Assembly: GCA_002104905.1 (NCBI GenBank)
Contig: MCFE01000235.1
Coordinates: 1 to 64,000, forward strand
Origin: Basidiobolus meristosporus CBS 931.73
Lineage: Eukaryota > Fungi > Basidiobolomycota
Direction of reading: 5' to 3'
Length of the DNA: 64,000 bases
In this document: positions 22,377-34,639 of the stretch, piece after piece
Layout of the letters: every line of letters begins with the position of its first letter
Position numbering within the stretch: the stretch's first letter is position 1
Notes under the pieces: generated by a model
Databases searched by the model: none
Seen by the model: only the letters and a program-made list of their open reading frames with translations
What the model was told of the DNA's origin: nothing
Translations under genes and position numbers: made by a program

Positions 22377-24860
22377 AGTAACCTCAAGTCCAAAAATGCC
22401 TACTATATGGTGTCAAGTACTCCAGGATCTAAGTAACTAGGGAGAAAAAGTACTGTTTATGACAGAAATAAGCATAAAGCTATTAGAGATCATTTCATGT
22501 GCAAAGTTATCAGGAATGACTTAATTGGCTTAGCTTACTTGGTAAAACAAACATGTGGAATGTGTCAGGAATCCACCAGTATAGCAGGGAAGCCTCTGTC
22601 ACCTCCAAGAAGCAATACAGTATTACCCCATCAAAAGTAGCTAATGCAGTCAAACATATATTTTATGGCTTTAAAGTGCTGTTCTCTGTATCAATCAAGT
22701 ACAAATATTTTTGCTCTACACATCTTTTCCACTCATCCTGCTTCACTACTATTTCCCAATTTTATGACCATTGCATCTATCCTATCAGCTACTACACCTA
22801 ATTGCTTCATTAATGTTGTGGTATGAGCAGACAACATACTTGCTAATATGAGTGGTGGTGATGTTATGATGGCCACATGCCGGTCTCAACTGAAGGTACT
22901 GCATTTGCAACAATCTCATCTGCCTGCGCATAATAGTCAGCTTGCAGCTCCACAGAGGTCCTCAATTGCCTACTTGACTGAGAGCCTGAGGAGTACACAT
23001 TTTTACCTTCTGTAGGCACACTGTCCACATGGCCTTTTATTATTGTAGCCCTGCTTGCTTCACCAAATGTCAAGGCATGCTGTTGTCCAACTGTACTGCT
23101 GCAGCCATCAGCGGTGGGGCTTTGTTGGGAACCAGACAACTTTGTTTTATTTTTGGCAGCATATATATGGAAGTGAGCCAGACCAAAGGGGAAATAGTGC
23201 TACATATATATGGGTATATGGTGCCACAACTTTATATATGATGCTTACTATGGCAGGTCATTACGGAATCCTACATTCATGTAGGTGCGATGTCTCAAAT
23301 GCAAGACTATCTTAAATTGACATGAATATTGACCAAAAAGTGATATAGTAGCATTACATTGTTGAAGGTCACACTGTTTGCCTTGTGGACCAGACTACTT
23401 TGATTCAGCACCATAAGAGAAGAGAAAAAAGACCATGTGGCTATTGTAGCAAGCCTCTCAGCCATGAAGCATGAAGTCAGCATGGGAACCACTACAAGGA
23501 TCATGGCCAGTGTTCTGCAACACAAGCCATATTTGACCAATCAGCAGTCACTACTGTACCAACATTATCTTGCTGGCCAGTTGATATTTCTATACTGGTA
23601 CCTGGCCATCTTTGTTACCTTGTGCAAACTGAGTCAGGTGAGTTTGTGAGATCTTTGGGCTCACCTCAGCCTTCTGAATATGGTTGCTGAGAGAAAGCGC
23701 TGAGAAAGAAGGCTCACTGATGGATTGTGGGCCTATCTCCCCTAACAGCAGTACCACTTATGGGCCTGGTCAATTCCCAATGTGCATTGAGGCAACACCA
23801 ATTAAGACAAATGTCAAGGAAACTCTTTGGAGCCAAGTGAGCCCAGTACTCCAGCTACCGTGAATGATGTAAAGTTAGAGGTAGAGAAATGGCATGTTCC
23901 ACTAATATCAGTAGTAGGGCTTTGAGGATTTACTACAACTTCTTGCCAATATCACTCCAGGATGCACTTACAATGTACATGGTCCAAGTGGACAACCATC
24001 ATGTGCAAGTAACATATGACCCAGAGACTGTCTTGATTCCAGCATGTGCTCACAGGTGCATGGCATTCACATCCAAAAATGCCACCATTGCAATTTGTCC
24101 AAATTGTCAGGTATCCACCACCATTTAGGGTAAACATTGCCCACATTCCAGATATATTCTGGTAATACCCCATCTAAAAAAGCTCATGCAGTCCAACAAA
24201 TATTGTGAAGCTATAGAGTACTGCACTCAGTATCAATCAAGTGCACACATATCCAATATATTTGATGGCAAGTATTACAAACAGCTAAGAAGCAAGGGCT
24301 ACTTTGATGGTATGTATAACCAGGCATTTGCCCTAGCACTTAATGGATTCTCATTAAACAAGTACACTACCAGCAAGTCCTGCTGGCTACTGATTCTCAT
24401 TAACATGAATCTGCTGCCCATCATACTGCTTCAGAGCAAAAATCTGATGGTAGTCTTACTGATATCTGGGCCTAAATTGCCGTCAAACCTGGATAGCTAC
24501 CTGAATCCTTTGCTGAATAATTATTGTATGCTTCCCATCAGGATAACAGCAAATGTGCGTAATGTCAAGGTGCATATTATTATTGGCATTGGAGATACCA
24601 CAGTCATCAGCAAGATAGCAAACTTTTATGAGCACAATAGACAGCATTGCTGTCAAATGTGTGAGATCCAGGGGATTAGACTTGTTCCGTTGGATAGTGC
24701 CACATAGTGCCAGCCTGTTTATGGTGCCAGATCAATCTGGCACTCTAAGGCACTATCTGGCACTATAATTTCTACCATGATGCCAGTGGTATGATAGAGT
24801 TACTGGTAATTTTACTCAATCTTACTTAGGTTGCTCAGAATAGTGCTTTCCTTGCTTTAT

Positions 24861-25745
24861 TTACTCTTCATAATGCTCCAGACACATTTCTCTCAGTGGA
24901 TGTCTACTTGTATGAGCATACTGTGCATTAATAAGTATCTTAACTATTTTACCTATTCTGCTGTTTTCTCCTATATATAACTTTCCTCTGTATCTACCTG
25001 CCAATATGCTGAATCTCTTCAGATATCCAAATGTGTGCTCTACCCTCACTCTGAAATGATTAAATATCTCATTGTAGAGCTTCTGCTTCCTGCTAAGCAC
25101 ACCATTCCTTGGCTTCCTATAAGCTGTAATACATCCTAATCTCTGACAATCCTCTTCTACATAGGCTAAGTCTTCTATACATTTCTCCCCTCTACTGAAT
25201 TCAGGGTGATTCTTTACCCAAAGTGCTTTGTCATGCCTACTTCCAGCAAATGGCCCACTAAACCAGATGATGTTACCCTCAATGTCACACAGTGCTTGAA
25301 ACTTAACACAGTGTGCCTTGTACTTGCCAGAATAAAAGTGCCTCTGCCCTCTAGAAGGTCTGTTAATCCTCACTGGGAAGGTATCCAAAATACTCCTGAT
25401 ATGGAACCTGTTGCTGAACACTCTGGGATATGGAAGTCTATTGGAGCTTCTGAACCTAGTATTCCAAGCTTGCTCTAAGTCATTCATACCCTCTGCAAGG
25501 TGGTTCTCCATTGCTGTCAGCTGGGAATGAAAGCTTCTAGGACTTTTGTTGCCATGGATGGTGGGATGAAACCTTGTAGGGCAATAGTTCTTGTAATAGC
25601 AGAGAAGCTTAACAAGGGATCTCCTTGAGTAGATTGGGGTTGATGGTCCACAGTACTTGGAATAGATCTCCTCTAGTGTGTCAAAAGGAAATCCAGTGGT
25701 AGTGATGGGATTAATGAGAGAAGACCATTCAGATGAGTAAGTCAT
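24861..25745 (-). CDS. DDE_Tnp_4-type (PHIS/IS5-like) transposase, 294 aa, uninterrupted
   Basis: LDTFP (D1), YSGKYKAHCVKFQ, GPFAGSRHD, DLAY (D2), RVRVEHTFGYLKRF (E). Confidence 0.92.
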   Translation of the reverse strand: MTYSSEWSSLINPITTTGFPFDTLEEIYSKYCGPSTPIYSRRSLVKLLCYYKNYCPTRFHPTIHGNKSPRSFHSQLTAMENHLAEGMNDLEQAWNTRFRSSNRLPYPRVFSNRFHIRSILDTFPVRINRPSRGQRHFYSGKYKAHCVKFQALCDIEGNIIWFSGPFAGSRHDKALWVKNHPEFSRGEKCIEDLAYVEEDCQRLGCITAYRKPRNGVLSRKQKLYNEIFNHFRVRVEHTFGYLKRFSILAGRYRGKLYIGENSRIGKIVKILINAQYAHTSRHPLREMCLEHYEE

Positions 25746-26007
25746 ATTGAAATTGGTGGATGATTGTATGGAGGTGGTTTGAATTGGTTCGGCACAATCT
25801 GCATTATTTATCTGATCTTTAATACATTATGGTTAAATCTCCATCAATTGCCATGTATCCCATCATTATGTCACAAAAATCATCCGCAAACAATGCCTTG
25901 GTACTTTTATTGATGCTGTAATCATAGGTCTATAATCAAATAGGAAATCTGCGATTGATGTGATCTGATCCGTGTCAACGCAATCCAAGATGCATCATGC
26001 ATAATAT

Positions 26008-27336
26008 ATGGAAAATTCAACAATCACATTAGTTTTCATATATATTTCATATAAGACCAGGTTGATGCCAATATACTGCTGTATAAGTATCCAAATCCGT
26101 TGCTATGGTCCCCATACCAGCCTCAACTCAACTTTAGTACAACCCACACAAAACCCATCCCCCAGCTCACAAGCGCGGTCTGGACAGGAAAAGTCAATGT
26201 TGGATCCATTTGAGTTCTTGCCAAATAATTTTAGTATGGCCCAAGTGTCTATGATGAGCCTTCATACAGATGTTTGGGCACTACTGATTAATCTAGCAGA
26301 ACTAGCTACCTCAGAGAGTCAACAAAGATGGAAGAATTTGAGTAGAAAGCTGAGGCATGAGTTCTACATCGAGATGCCAGCCAATGTATGTAAGAAGATG
26401 AATAACAAGACAAGTATTGAAATCAAGAATGAGCTGAGAGTGAGGAGATTTGACAAAGAAGCCGCGCGGGAACAATTTTGCACGCAATTTGCACAGTACA
26501 GGCCGGACACGTCCATTTATGCTGCAACTTTGGGAACCAAAGAGATTTTGAATGAGTTTTTGCCTCAAATGACTAATGTACTATATGATATATTAGTAGA
26601 GCTAAGTAGCTTCCAAGAGCAATATACACAGGACTCATCCAGGCAACATCTCCAAAGTATCAGACAGAGGGTAAGTGAATACCTTGAGGAATCAGATGGT
26701 GAGCTTCTGGAGGAAGAATACAGACCGCAAGCAACATTGTCCAGATTGCACCAGCAAACCTTGCTGGATTCCCTACCATCTCTTGCAACCAGAGCGCACC
26801 AGTGCATGTCAGTCCAGACCATGCCAACACCCTTTACCAGAATGCCCCGCATCAAGTCAATGTGCGCGCTTCAGAGCAAAACTACAAGAACTTGCCAAAC
26901 TGCTCATTTAGACACAAGTCCATTGGAGCGGACTAAGTTGCGTCAACATGCAGCATCACATTGAACTCAGCTAAAGGCCATCTCAACACGTCAAGGCGCA
27001 CCTGCACGTGCTGTTTTGCCTGACCATCAGCAAGTTACCTCTGGTGAACTGAGTGATGATGACCAACATGAAGTGCCTCAACCACCGGAGCCCTTAGCAA
27101 GTAAAAGAACGCGTCAGCGCATGGCACTACAGGCCAGTTTAGTTGGTTCAGTTGGAGCAATTCAGCGTGGCCAAGCTGCAACATTGCACTCATCAACTAG
27201 GAGGCAAAATACTGACTACAAATACACAAGTAGCCAAGATAATAGTCAGCCAGGAAGTAGTATAGGTGTGCAAAGTGAGTCACTACCAAATGCTTCAGTA
27301 GTAATCCCTGTGAGAAAAAAACCCAGGAGAAGATGA
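26008..27336 (+). CDS. PHIS partner gene (ORF2) of unknown function; likely start at 26105 or 26197; internal TGA at 26962-26964; C-terminal RKKPRRR (NLS-like)
   Basis: Conserved in three copies; 26008-26964 and 27016-27336 are in the same frame; QRWKNLSRKLR resembles a Myb/SANT-like third helix. Confidence 0.7.
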
Positions 27337-30132
27337 TGCAATTGCTTTGAATTGCTCATATTTGTAATGATCCTGACAACCCTTTTTGTTTGCAATCCAA
27401 ACCAAGCCATTGCAAATCAGTGATCATCAAATTTTTGATATAAGTAATATCAAGGTCTTCTCACTTTTGAGACAGAACCCCTATAAATAAACACCCTGCA
27501 TATATATACATCATCTGTAATACCAGTGCAGCTATTGGATCTGTTTTGCACCTACACAATTGCTTGTATGCTAGCTATGAAACCTTGTCCAATCACTAGG
27601 ATCAGGGATTTACTTGCTCAATGGGCAAAATGGGATATTTGATGGCAAATCAGGTAGCTTTTTCAGTAGTCAATGAGCCAATTAGGGGCTGCCAGCTTCA
27701 GGATACTTTCGGACCAATTAACCACTGAGATACTGTGCAATTGGAGTGAGGGTAACCAAAATGGTAAGTATCAGTGTAGTTTATAGTGTGATACACATTT
27801 ATTTCCATTTACATTGAAGAAACATATCCAAATACCGGATTCTACCTGCCATAAAGCGGTATCCAATTGTGCACATGATGCAAGCATTACGAGTTGGCGC
27901 AATCATCTGTGCCAACCTCATTGTGTCAGATTGTGCCATAGTGTGCAAGATTGTCCCGCATAGTGTAAAATTGTCCAAGAACAATCCTGCCTTCTGGTAG
28001 CTATAATATTGCACCCAATTGTTCTTTACAACTGCGGATTGTGCCACGTGCCCTGGCATGGTATGATGGAATAAGTCAAATTACTCCATAGCTCACACAC
28101 AATGCTATTACCCAAGCACCAGCACTAAGAACATCAGCTTCCCACAGAGAGAACATGGAAAAGTCAGAATGTTATTGCAGAAAAGCTGGCATGCTCTAAG
28201 CCATGGCCAGAATATTGAATTAATTGGAAGCCAGAGATACTTAAGAGATAGGGTATTTGTTGGGGCAAAAGCTTTCCACTGGCAGCAATACATTTGCTTT
28301 TCAACAGTATCACTATACTGCTGACTAAGTTGTACATGTTGCATTTCAAGCTAAATGAGCCCTTTGAGATAACAGAGAAATTTGAAATAATTGGCAAGAC
28401 ATTACAGAGCATCCACCACCCTAAGTACTTCTCATGGGCTCTGATCAGTATTCATACTCATATGCAACAATACAAATGCAAAAACTGGATGAACTGGATA
28501 TATATTTATTCAAGTTGTGTTCTGAAGCCATTCCTACTATGAGTACATTAGAAGCATTGGGAATCATACATGGTCATTGTAGGAATATTTATCCAGAAGC
28601 AGATCACCAATGCCAACTTGACACATCTACAGCAGTTGTGCAAGGAGTCTGTAACAGGATTTGAGTGGCTATACTAAAAGCATAAAGCTGAGTATGTAGA
28701 TCTCTGCTGCTACTGTATCCACTCTCCACTCCATCATGCATGGTGTGTGGAGAATATTGGACCTGGCTTCACCTTAAGGGAGTTTCCTATGGAGTGGATG
28801 TATGAGGAGATAGGAAGACAAGTCAAGTCACAGGTAATACCATATCCCAATCTCATCAAGAATACTACCTTCAAGTATGTCATGGATATGATGAGTTGGT
28901 ATATGGAGGACAGCCAGGAAGAGCTGGAAAGTACCAAGGACAGATGCGTACATGGAGTAACCTACACCCATGGAATCAAGACACTAAGTATCCCCAATGT
29001 GTGGGTAATAAGTTAAGTAATGAAAAGCTGGGCTGGATGCAACAAGCATCTAATTTTTATTAGAAAAGCTCTACCAAGGTATGCCAGGTCTCACTTGGTC
29101 ACAAGCCAACTTCTATACCACTCATTAGAGAATTCACAGAAATAAGGGCCACAGCGCACCTATAAAGAGGACAAGAATCCAGCAGGGAGAAGGAATATAT
29201 TGGCTAAGTACCAAAAAGCTCTTTGTGGATATTCAGGAGGTATTCATGGCAGAAGTGGTGGCAAGCAGGCATATGTTTGCAAGATTTAAATGTTACCAAC
29301 AGTACAAGGTTTGTTGCAACTTTGCAAGTATCACACTAAAAAGCCATAAAGCTGAGGTAATTGACGTATGTCAATTGTGGCAGGTGTGAGCATTTGTAGA
29401 GGTTAGTAAGCAGGAGGCCATAGTTCTTTTGATTCTAACCATGTGTGGAATACCCAAGGTAGTAGGGGGTATGCAAATACAGAGGGGTGATTCTACAGTG
29501 AAATAGACTTGTTCCATTGTACTGTGCCAGGGCGCGTGGTGCAATCCGCGGTTATAAAGAACAATCAGGTGCAATATTATAGCTACCAGAAGGCAGGATT
29601 GTTCTTGGACAATTTTGCACTATGCGGGACAATCTCGCACACTATGGCACAATCTGACACATTGAGGTTGGCACAGATGATTGTACCAACTTGTAATGTC
29701 TGCATCATGTGCGCAATTGGATACCGCTATTATGGCAGGTAAAATCCGGTATTTGGATATGTTTCTTTAATATAAATGGAAATAAATGTGTATCACACTA
29801 TAAACTACACTGATACTTACCATTTTGGTTACCCTCACTCCAATTGGACAGTATCTCAGTGGTTAATTGGTCCAAAAGTATCCTGAAGCTGGCAGCCCCT
29901 AATTGGCTCATTGACTACTGAAAAAGCTACCTGATTTGCCATCAAATATCCCATTTTGCCCATTGAGCAAGTAAATCCCAGATCCTAGTGATTGGACAAG
30001 GTGTCATAGCTAGCACGCAAGCAATGGTGTAGGTGCAAAACAGATCCAATAGCTGCACTGATATTACAGATGATGTATATATATGCAGGGTGTTTATTTA
30101 TAGGGGTTCTGTCTCAAAAGTGAGAAGACCTT

Positions 30133-31042
30133 GATATTACTTATATCAAAAATTTGATGATCACTGATTTGCAATGGCTTGGTTTGGATTGCAAACAAAA
30201 AGGGTTGTCAGGATCATTACAAATATGAGCAGTTCAAAGCAATTGCATCATCTTCTCCTCGGTTTTTTTCTCACAAGGATTACTACTGAAGCATTTGGCA
30301 GTGACTCACTTTGCACACCTATACTACTTCCTGGCTGACTATCATCTTGGCTACTTGTGTATTTGTAGTCAGTATTTTGCCTCCTAGTTGATGAGTGCAA
30401 TGTTGCAGCTTGGCCATGCTGAATTGCTCCAACCAAACCAGCTGAACTAGCCTGTAGTGCCACATGCTGATGCGTTCTTTTACTTGCTAAGGGCTCTGGT
30501 AGTTGAGGCACTTCATGTTGGTCATCATCAGTCAGTTCACCAGAAGTAACTTGCTGATGGTCAGTCAAAATGGCACGTGCAGGCGCTGTGGTGGTGTATA
30601 GATATTACTTATATCAAAAATTTGATGATCACTGATTTGAGATGGCTCAATTTGGATTGCAAAAAAAGGGATGTTGGGATCATTGCAAATGCAAGCAATT
30701 CAAAGCAATTGCATCATCTTCTCCTGGGTTTTTTTCTCACAGGGATTACTACTGAAGCATTTGGTAGTGACTCACTTTGCACACCTATACTACTTCCTGG
30801 CTGACTATCATCTTGGCTACTTGTGTATTCAGAGTCAGTATTTTGCCTCCTAGTTGATGAGTGCGATGTTGCAGCTTGGCCGTGCTGAATTGCTCCAACT
30901 GAACCGGCCTGTAGTGCCATGTGCTGACGCGTTCTTTTACTTGCTAAGGGCTCTGGTGGTTGAGGCACTTCATGTTGGTCATCATCAGTCAGTACACCAG
31001 AAGTAACTTGCTGATGGTCAGGCAAAATAACATGCACAGGCG
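30133..31042. repeat. Diverged direct duplication of the ORF2 3' end (30133-30586 and 30601-~31042), joined by 14 nt of the X terminus
   Basis: Both units encode …DHQQVTSG…RKKPRRR; linker TGTGGTGGTGTATA at 30587-30600. Confidence 0.88.
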
Positions 31043-31197
31043 CGCCTTGACACTTTGCGATGGCCCTTGGCTGAGTTCAATGTGATGCTGCATGTTGACG
31101 CAACTTGGTCCACTCCAATGGACTTGTGTCTAAATGAGCAGTTTGGCAAGTTCTCTTAGTTTTACTCTGAGGCGTGCGCATTGACCCAACACGCATT

Positions 31198-31931
31198 AGA
31201 CTTATTCTGTTGGATAGTGCCACATTGAACCATGAGTGCCAAATGATGCCATAGTGTGCCAGAGAGGTCAAGTGAGCCTATACTTGGCCACAGAGTTTGA
31301 AACATATCTCTGCATCTTCATGTAAAGCAGCCACTGTGTTTCACCCATTGTGCAGGAGAAAATCCATTTTTTGACATTTTTTTGTGGACCAATGTAGTTC
31401 AGGATGTGAAAGAGCACAGGAGAGCTGAAGATATGCATCTGGTACTCAATACCCATGGCACTCTGAATCTAGCTCCTGTAGCTTGTATCATGTCACAAAA
31501 ATGAATGGCACTATCTTGGTCCACTGGTACTATCTGGCACTATATTTAAATATTAGGCCTAAAGTAAGATATATACAAAGCACGTATAGTGCCAGATAGT
31601 ACCAGTGGACCAAGATAGTGCCATTGATTTTTGTGACATGATACAAGCTACAAGAGCTAGATTCAGAGTGCCATGGGTATTGAGTACCAGATGCATATCT
31701 TCAATCTGCTTGTGCTCTAACACATCCTGCACAACATTGATCCAAAAAAAAAGGTCAAAAAATGAATTTTCTCCAACACGATGGGTGGAACACAGGGGCT
31801 GCTTTGCATGAAGATGCGGAGCTATGTTTCACACTCTGTGGCCAGGTAGAGGATCACTTGGCCTCTCTGGCACACTATGGCATCATTTGGCACTCATGGC
31901 TCAATGTGGCACTATCCAAAGGAACAAGTCT
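31198..31931. mobile_element. Fold-back MITE 3 inside PHIS copy 2 ORF2
   Basis: ATT TSD at 31195-31197 and 31932-31934. Confidence 0.93.
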
Positions 31932-33048
31932 ATTGACTCAATGTGGGGCATTCTGGTAAAGGGTGTTGGCATAGTCTGGACTGACGTGTGCCGGCACGCT
32001 GTGGTTGCAAGAGATGGTAGGGAATCCAGCAAGGCATGCTAGCGCAATCTGGACAATGTTGCTTGCGGTCTGTATTCTTCCTCCTGAAGCTCACCATCTG
32101 ATTCCTCAAGGTATTCACTTACCCTCTGTCTGATACTTTGGAGATGTTGCCTGGATGAGTCCTGTGTATATTGCTCTTGGAAGCCACTTAGCTCTACTAA
32201 TAGAGCACATAGTACATGAGTCATTTGAGGCAAAAACTCATTCAAAAACTCTTTGGTTCCCAAAGTTGAGGCACAAACGGACGCGTCCAGCCCGTACTGT
32301 GCAAATTGCGCGCAAAATTGTTCCCACGTGGCTTCTTTGTCAAATCTCCTCACTCTCAGCTCATTCTTGATTACAATACTTGCCTTGTTATATATGTTTT
32401 TACATACATTGGCTGGCATCTTGATATAGAGCTCATGCCACAGCTTTCTACTCAGATTCTTCCATCTTTGTCAACTCTCTGAGGTATCTAGTTCTGCTAG
32501 ATTAATCAGTAGTGCCCAAATATCTGTATGAAGGCTCATCATAGACACTTGGGCCATACTAAAATCATTTGGCAAGAACTTGAACGGATCCAAAATTGAC
32601 TTTTCTGGTCTGGACTGCACTTGTGAGCTGGGGGATGGGTTTTGTCCGGGTTGTACTAAAGATGAGTTGAGGCTTGGTATGGGGACCATAGCAACAGATT
32701 TGGATACTTATACAGCAGTATATTGGCATCAACCTGGTTTTATATGAAATATATATGAAAACTAATGTGATTGTTGAATTTTTCATATATTATGCATGAT
32801 GTATCTTGGATCGTATTGACACGGATCAGATCACATCAATTGCAGATTTCCTATTTGATTATAGACCTATGATTACAGCATCAATAAAAGTACCAAGGCA
32901 TTGTTTGCGGATGATTTTTGCAACATAATGATGGGATACATGGCAATTGATGGAGATTTAACCATAATGTATTAAAAATCAGATAAATAATGCAAATCAT
33001 GCCGAACCAATTCAAACCACCTCCATACAATCATCCACCAATTTCAAT

Positions 33049-33933
33049 ATGACTTACTCATCTGAATGGTCTTCTCTCATTAATCCCATCACTACCACTG
33101 GATTTCCTTTTGACACACTAGAGGAGATCTATTCCAAGTACTGTGGACCATCAACCCCAATCTACTCAAGGAGATCCCTTGTTAAGCTTCTCTGCTATTA
33201 CAAGAACTATTGCCCTACAAGGTTTCATCCCACCATCCATGGCAACAAAAGTCCTAGAAGCTTTCATTCCCAGCTGACAGCAATGGAGAACCACCTTGCA
33301 GAGGGTATGAATGACTTAGAGCAAGCTTGGAATACTAGGTTCAGAAGCTCCAATAGACTTCCATATCCCAGAGTGTTCAGCAACAGGTTCCATATCAGGA
33401 GTATTTTGGATACCTTCCCAGTGAGGATTAACAGACCTTCTAGAGGGCAGAGGCACTTTTATTCTGGCAAGTACAAGGCACACTGTGTGAAGTTTCAAGC
33501 ACTGTCTGACATTGAGGGTAACATCATCTGGTTTAGTGGGCCATTTGCTGGAAGTAGGCATGACAAAGCACTCTGGGTAGAGAATCATCCTGAACTCAGT
33601 AGAGGGGAGAAATGTATGGCAGACTTAGCCTATATAGGAGAGGATTGTAAGAGATTAGGATATATTACAGCTTATAGGAAGCCAAGGAATGGTGTGCTTA
33701 GCAGGAAGTAGAAGCTCTACAATGAGATATTTAATCATTTCAGAGTGAGGGTAGAGAACACATTTGGATATCTGAAGAGATTCAGCATATTGGCAGGTAA
33801 ATACAGAGGAAAGTCATATATAGAAGAAAACAGCAGAATAGGTAAAATAGTTAAGATACTTATTAATGCACAGTATGTTCATACAAGTAGACATCCACTG
33901 AGAGAAATGTGTCTGGAGCATTATGAGGAGTAA
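33049..33933 (+). pseudogene. PHIS transposase copy 2 with one nonsense change
   Basis: Collinear with 24861-25745; CAG>TAG at 33709-33711. Confidence 0.92.
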
Positions 33934-34101
33934 ATAAAGCAAAGAAAGCACTATTCTGAGCAACCTAAGTAAGATTGAGTAAAATTACCAGTAACTCTAT
34001 CATACCACTGGCATCATGGTAGAAATTATAGTGCCAGATAGTGCTGTAGAGTGCCAGATTGATCTGTCACCATAAACAGGCTGGCACTCTGTGGCACTAT
34101 C

Positions 34102-34639
34102 TGTCATGATCACATGACAACCATGAACACCCATGCCAAGTTTCAGCTTCCTAGCTCAATTTCTAAGAGATTCCTTCTGGAACCTTCTACCACCTTCCAG
34201 AAAGTTCCTGACCATTCCAAACCATTGTTACACAATGGAACATTCCATGGAAGCTTTCCATCGTATTTTTCATAGTCCAGTACCATATATGGAAATACCA
34301 GGTCACATGACTTAGTCTCATGATCAGGTGACCCAATCCATTTCCCCATCCTGTCTCAGTGCCGTGTCATCTATGTCATTATCCCCAGCACCATTGCTGT
34401 GCCTCACCCCACAACCCCATTAGTATTAGCTAATATCTCATGGCATCAATATAGCCAAAAAGTATATATAGTCCTATCCCCCCTTAAGTATTCCTCAGTC
34501 TGATAAACACAGGTCTTGAATAAACAGCCTTGCCTTGAATCCTGCCTGGCCTTGAATCCTGCCTTGCCTTGATGGTCCACACCTAAGTCCTTTCCTGCCG
34601 TGCCTAGCTTTTCCACCTGCCTTGTGTCTATTCATAACA
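34102..34639. mobile_element. Solo LTR Z (538 bp) inserted inside the PHIS terminal repeat
   Basis: TGTCATGA…CATAACA with a perfect CTATC TSD at 34097-34101 and 34640-34644; short GCCTTGAATCCT repeats at ~34525-34575. Confidence 0.88.

Larger units (their letters stand above)
24678..28078. mobile_element. Two-gene PHIS (PIF/Harbinger-superfamily, Pangu-like) DNA transposon, copy 1, apparently complete
   Basis: Termini AGACTTGTTCC…GGAATAAGTCA; flanks ATT/AAT; the empty CACTA site is seen at ~56903-56935; two divergent ORFs. Confidence 0.9.

Noticed and set aside
25206-25478. Antisense ORF within the PHIS transposase (also 33316-33588)
   Set aside because: Its conservation is explained by the near-identity of the two copies; no independent evidence
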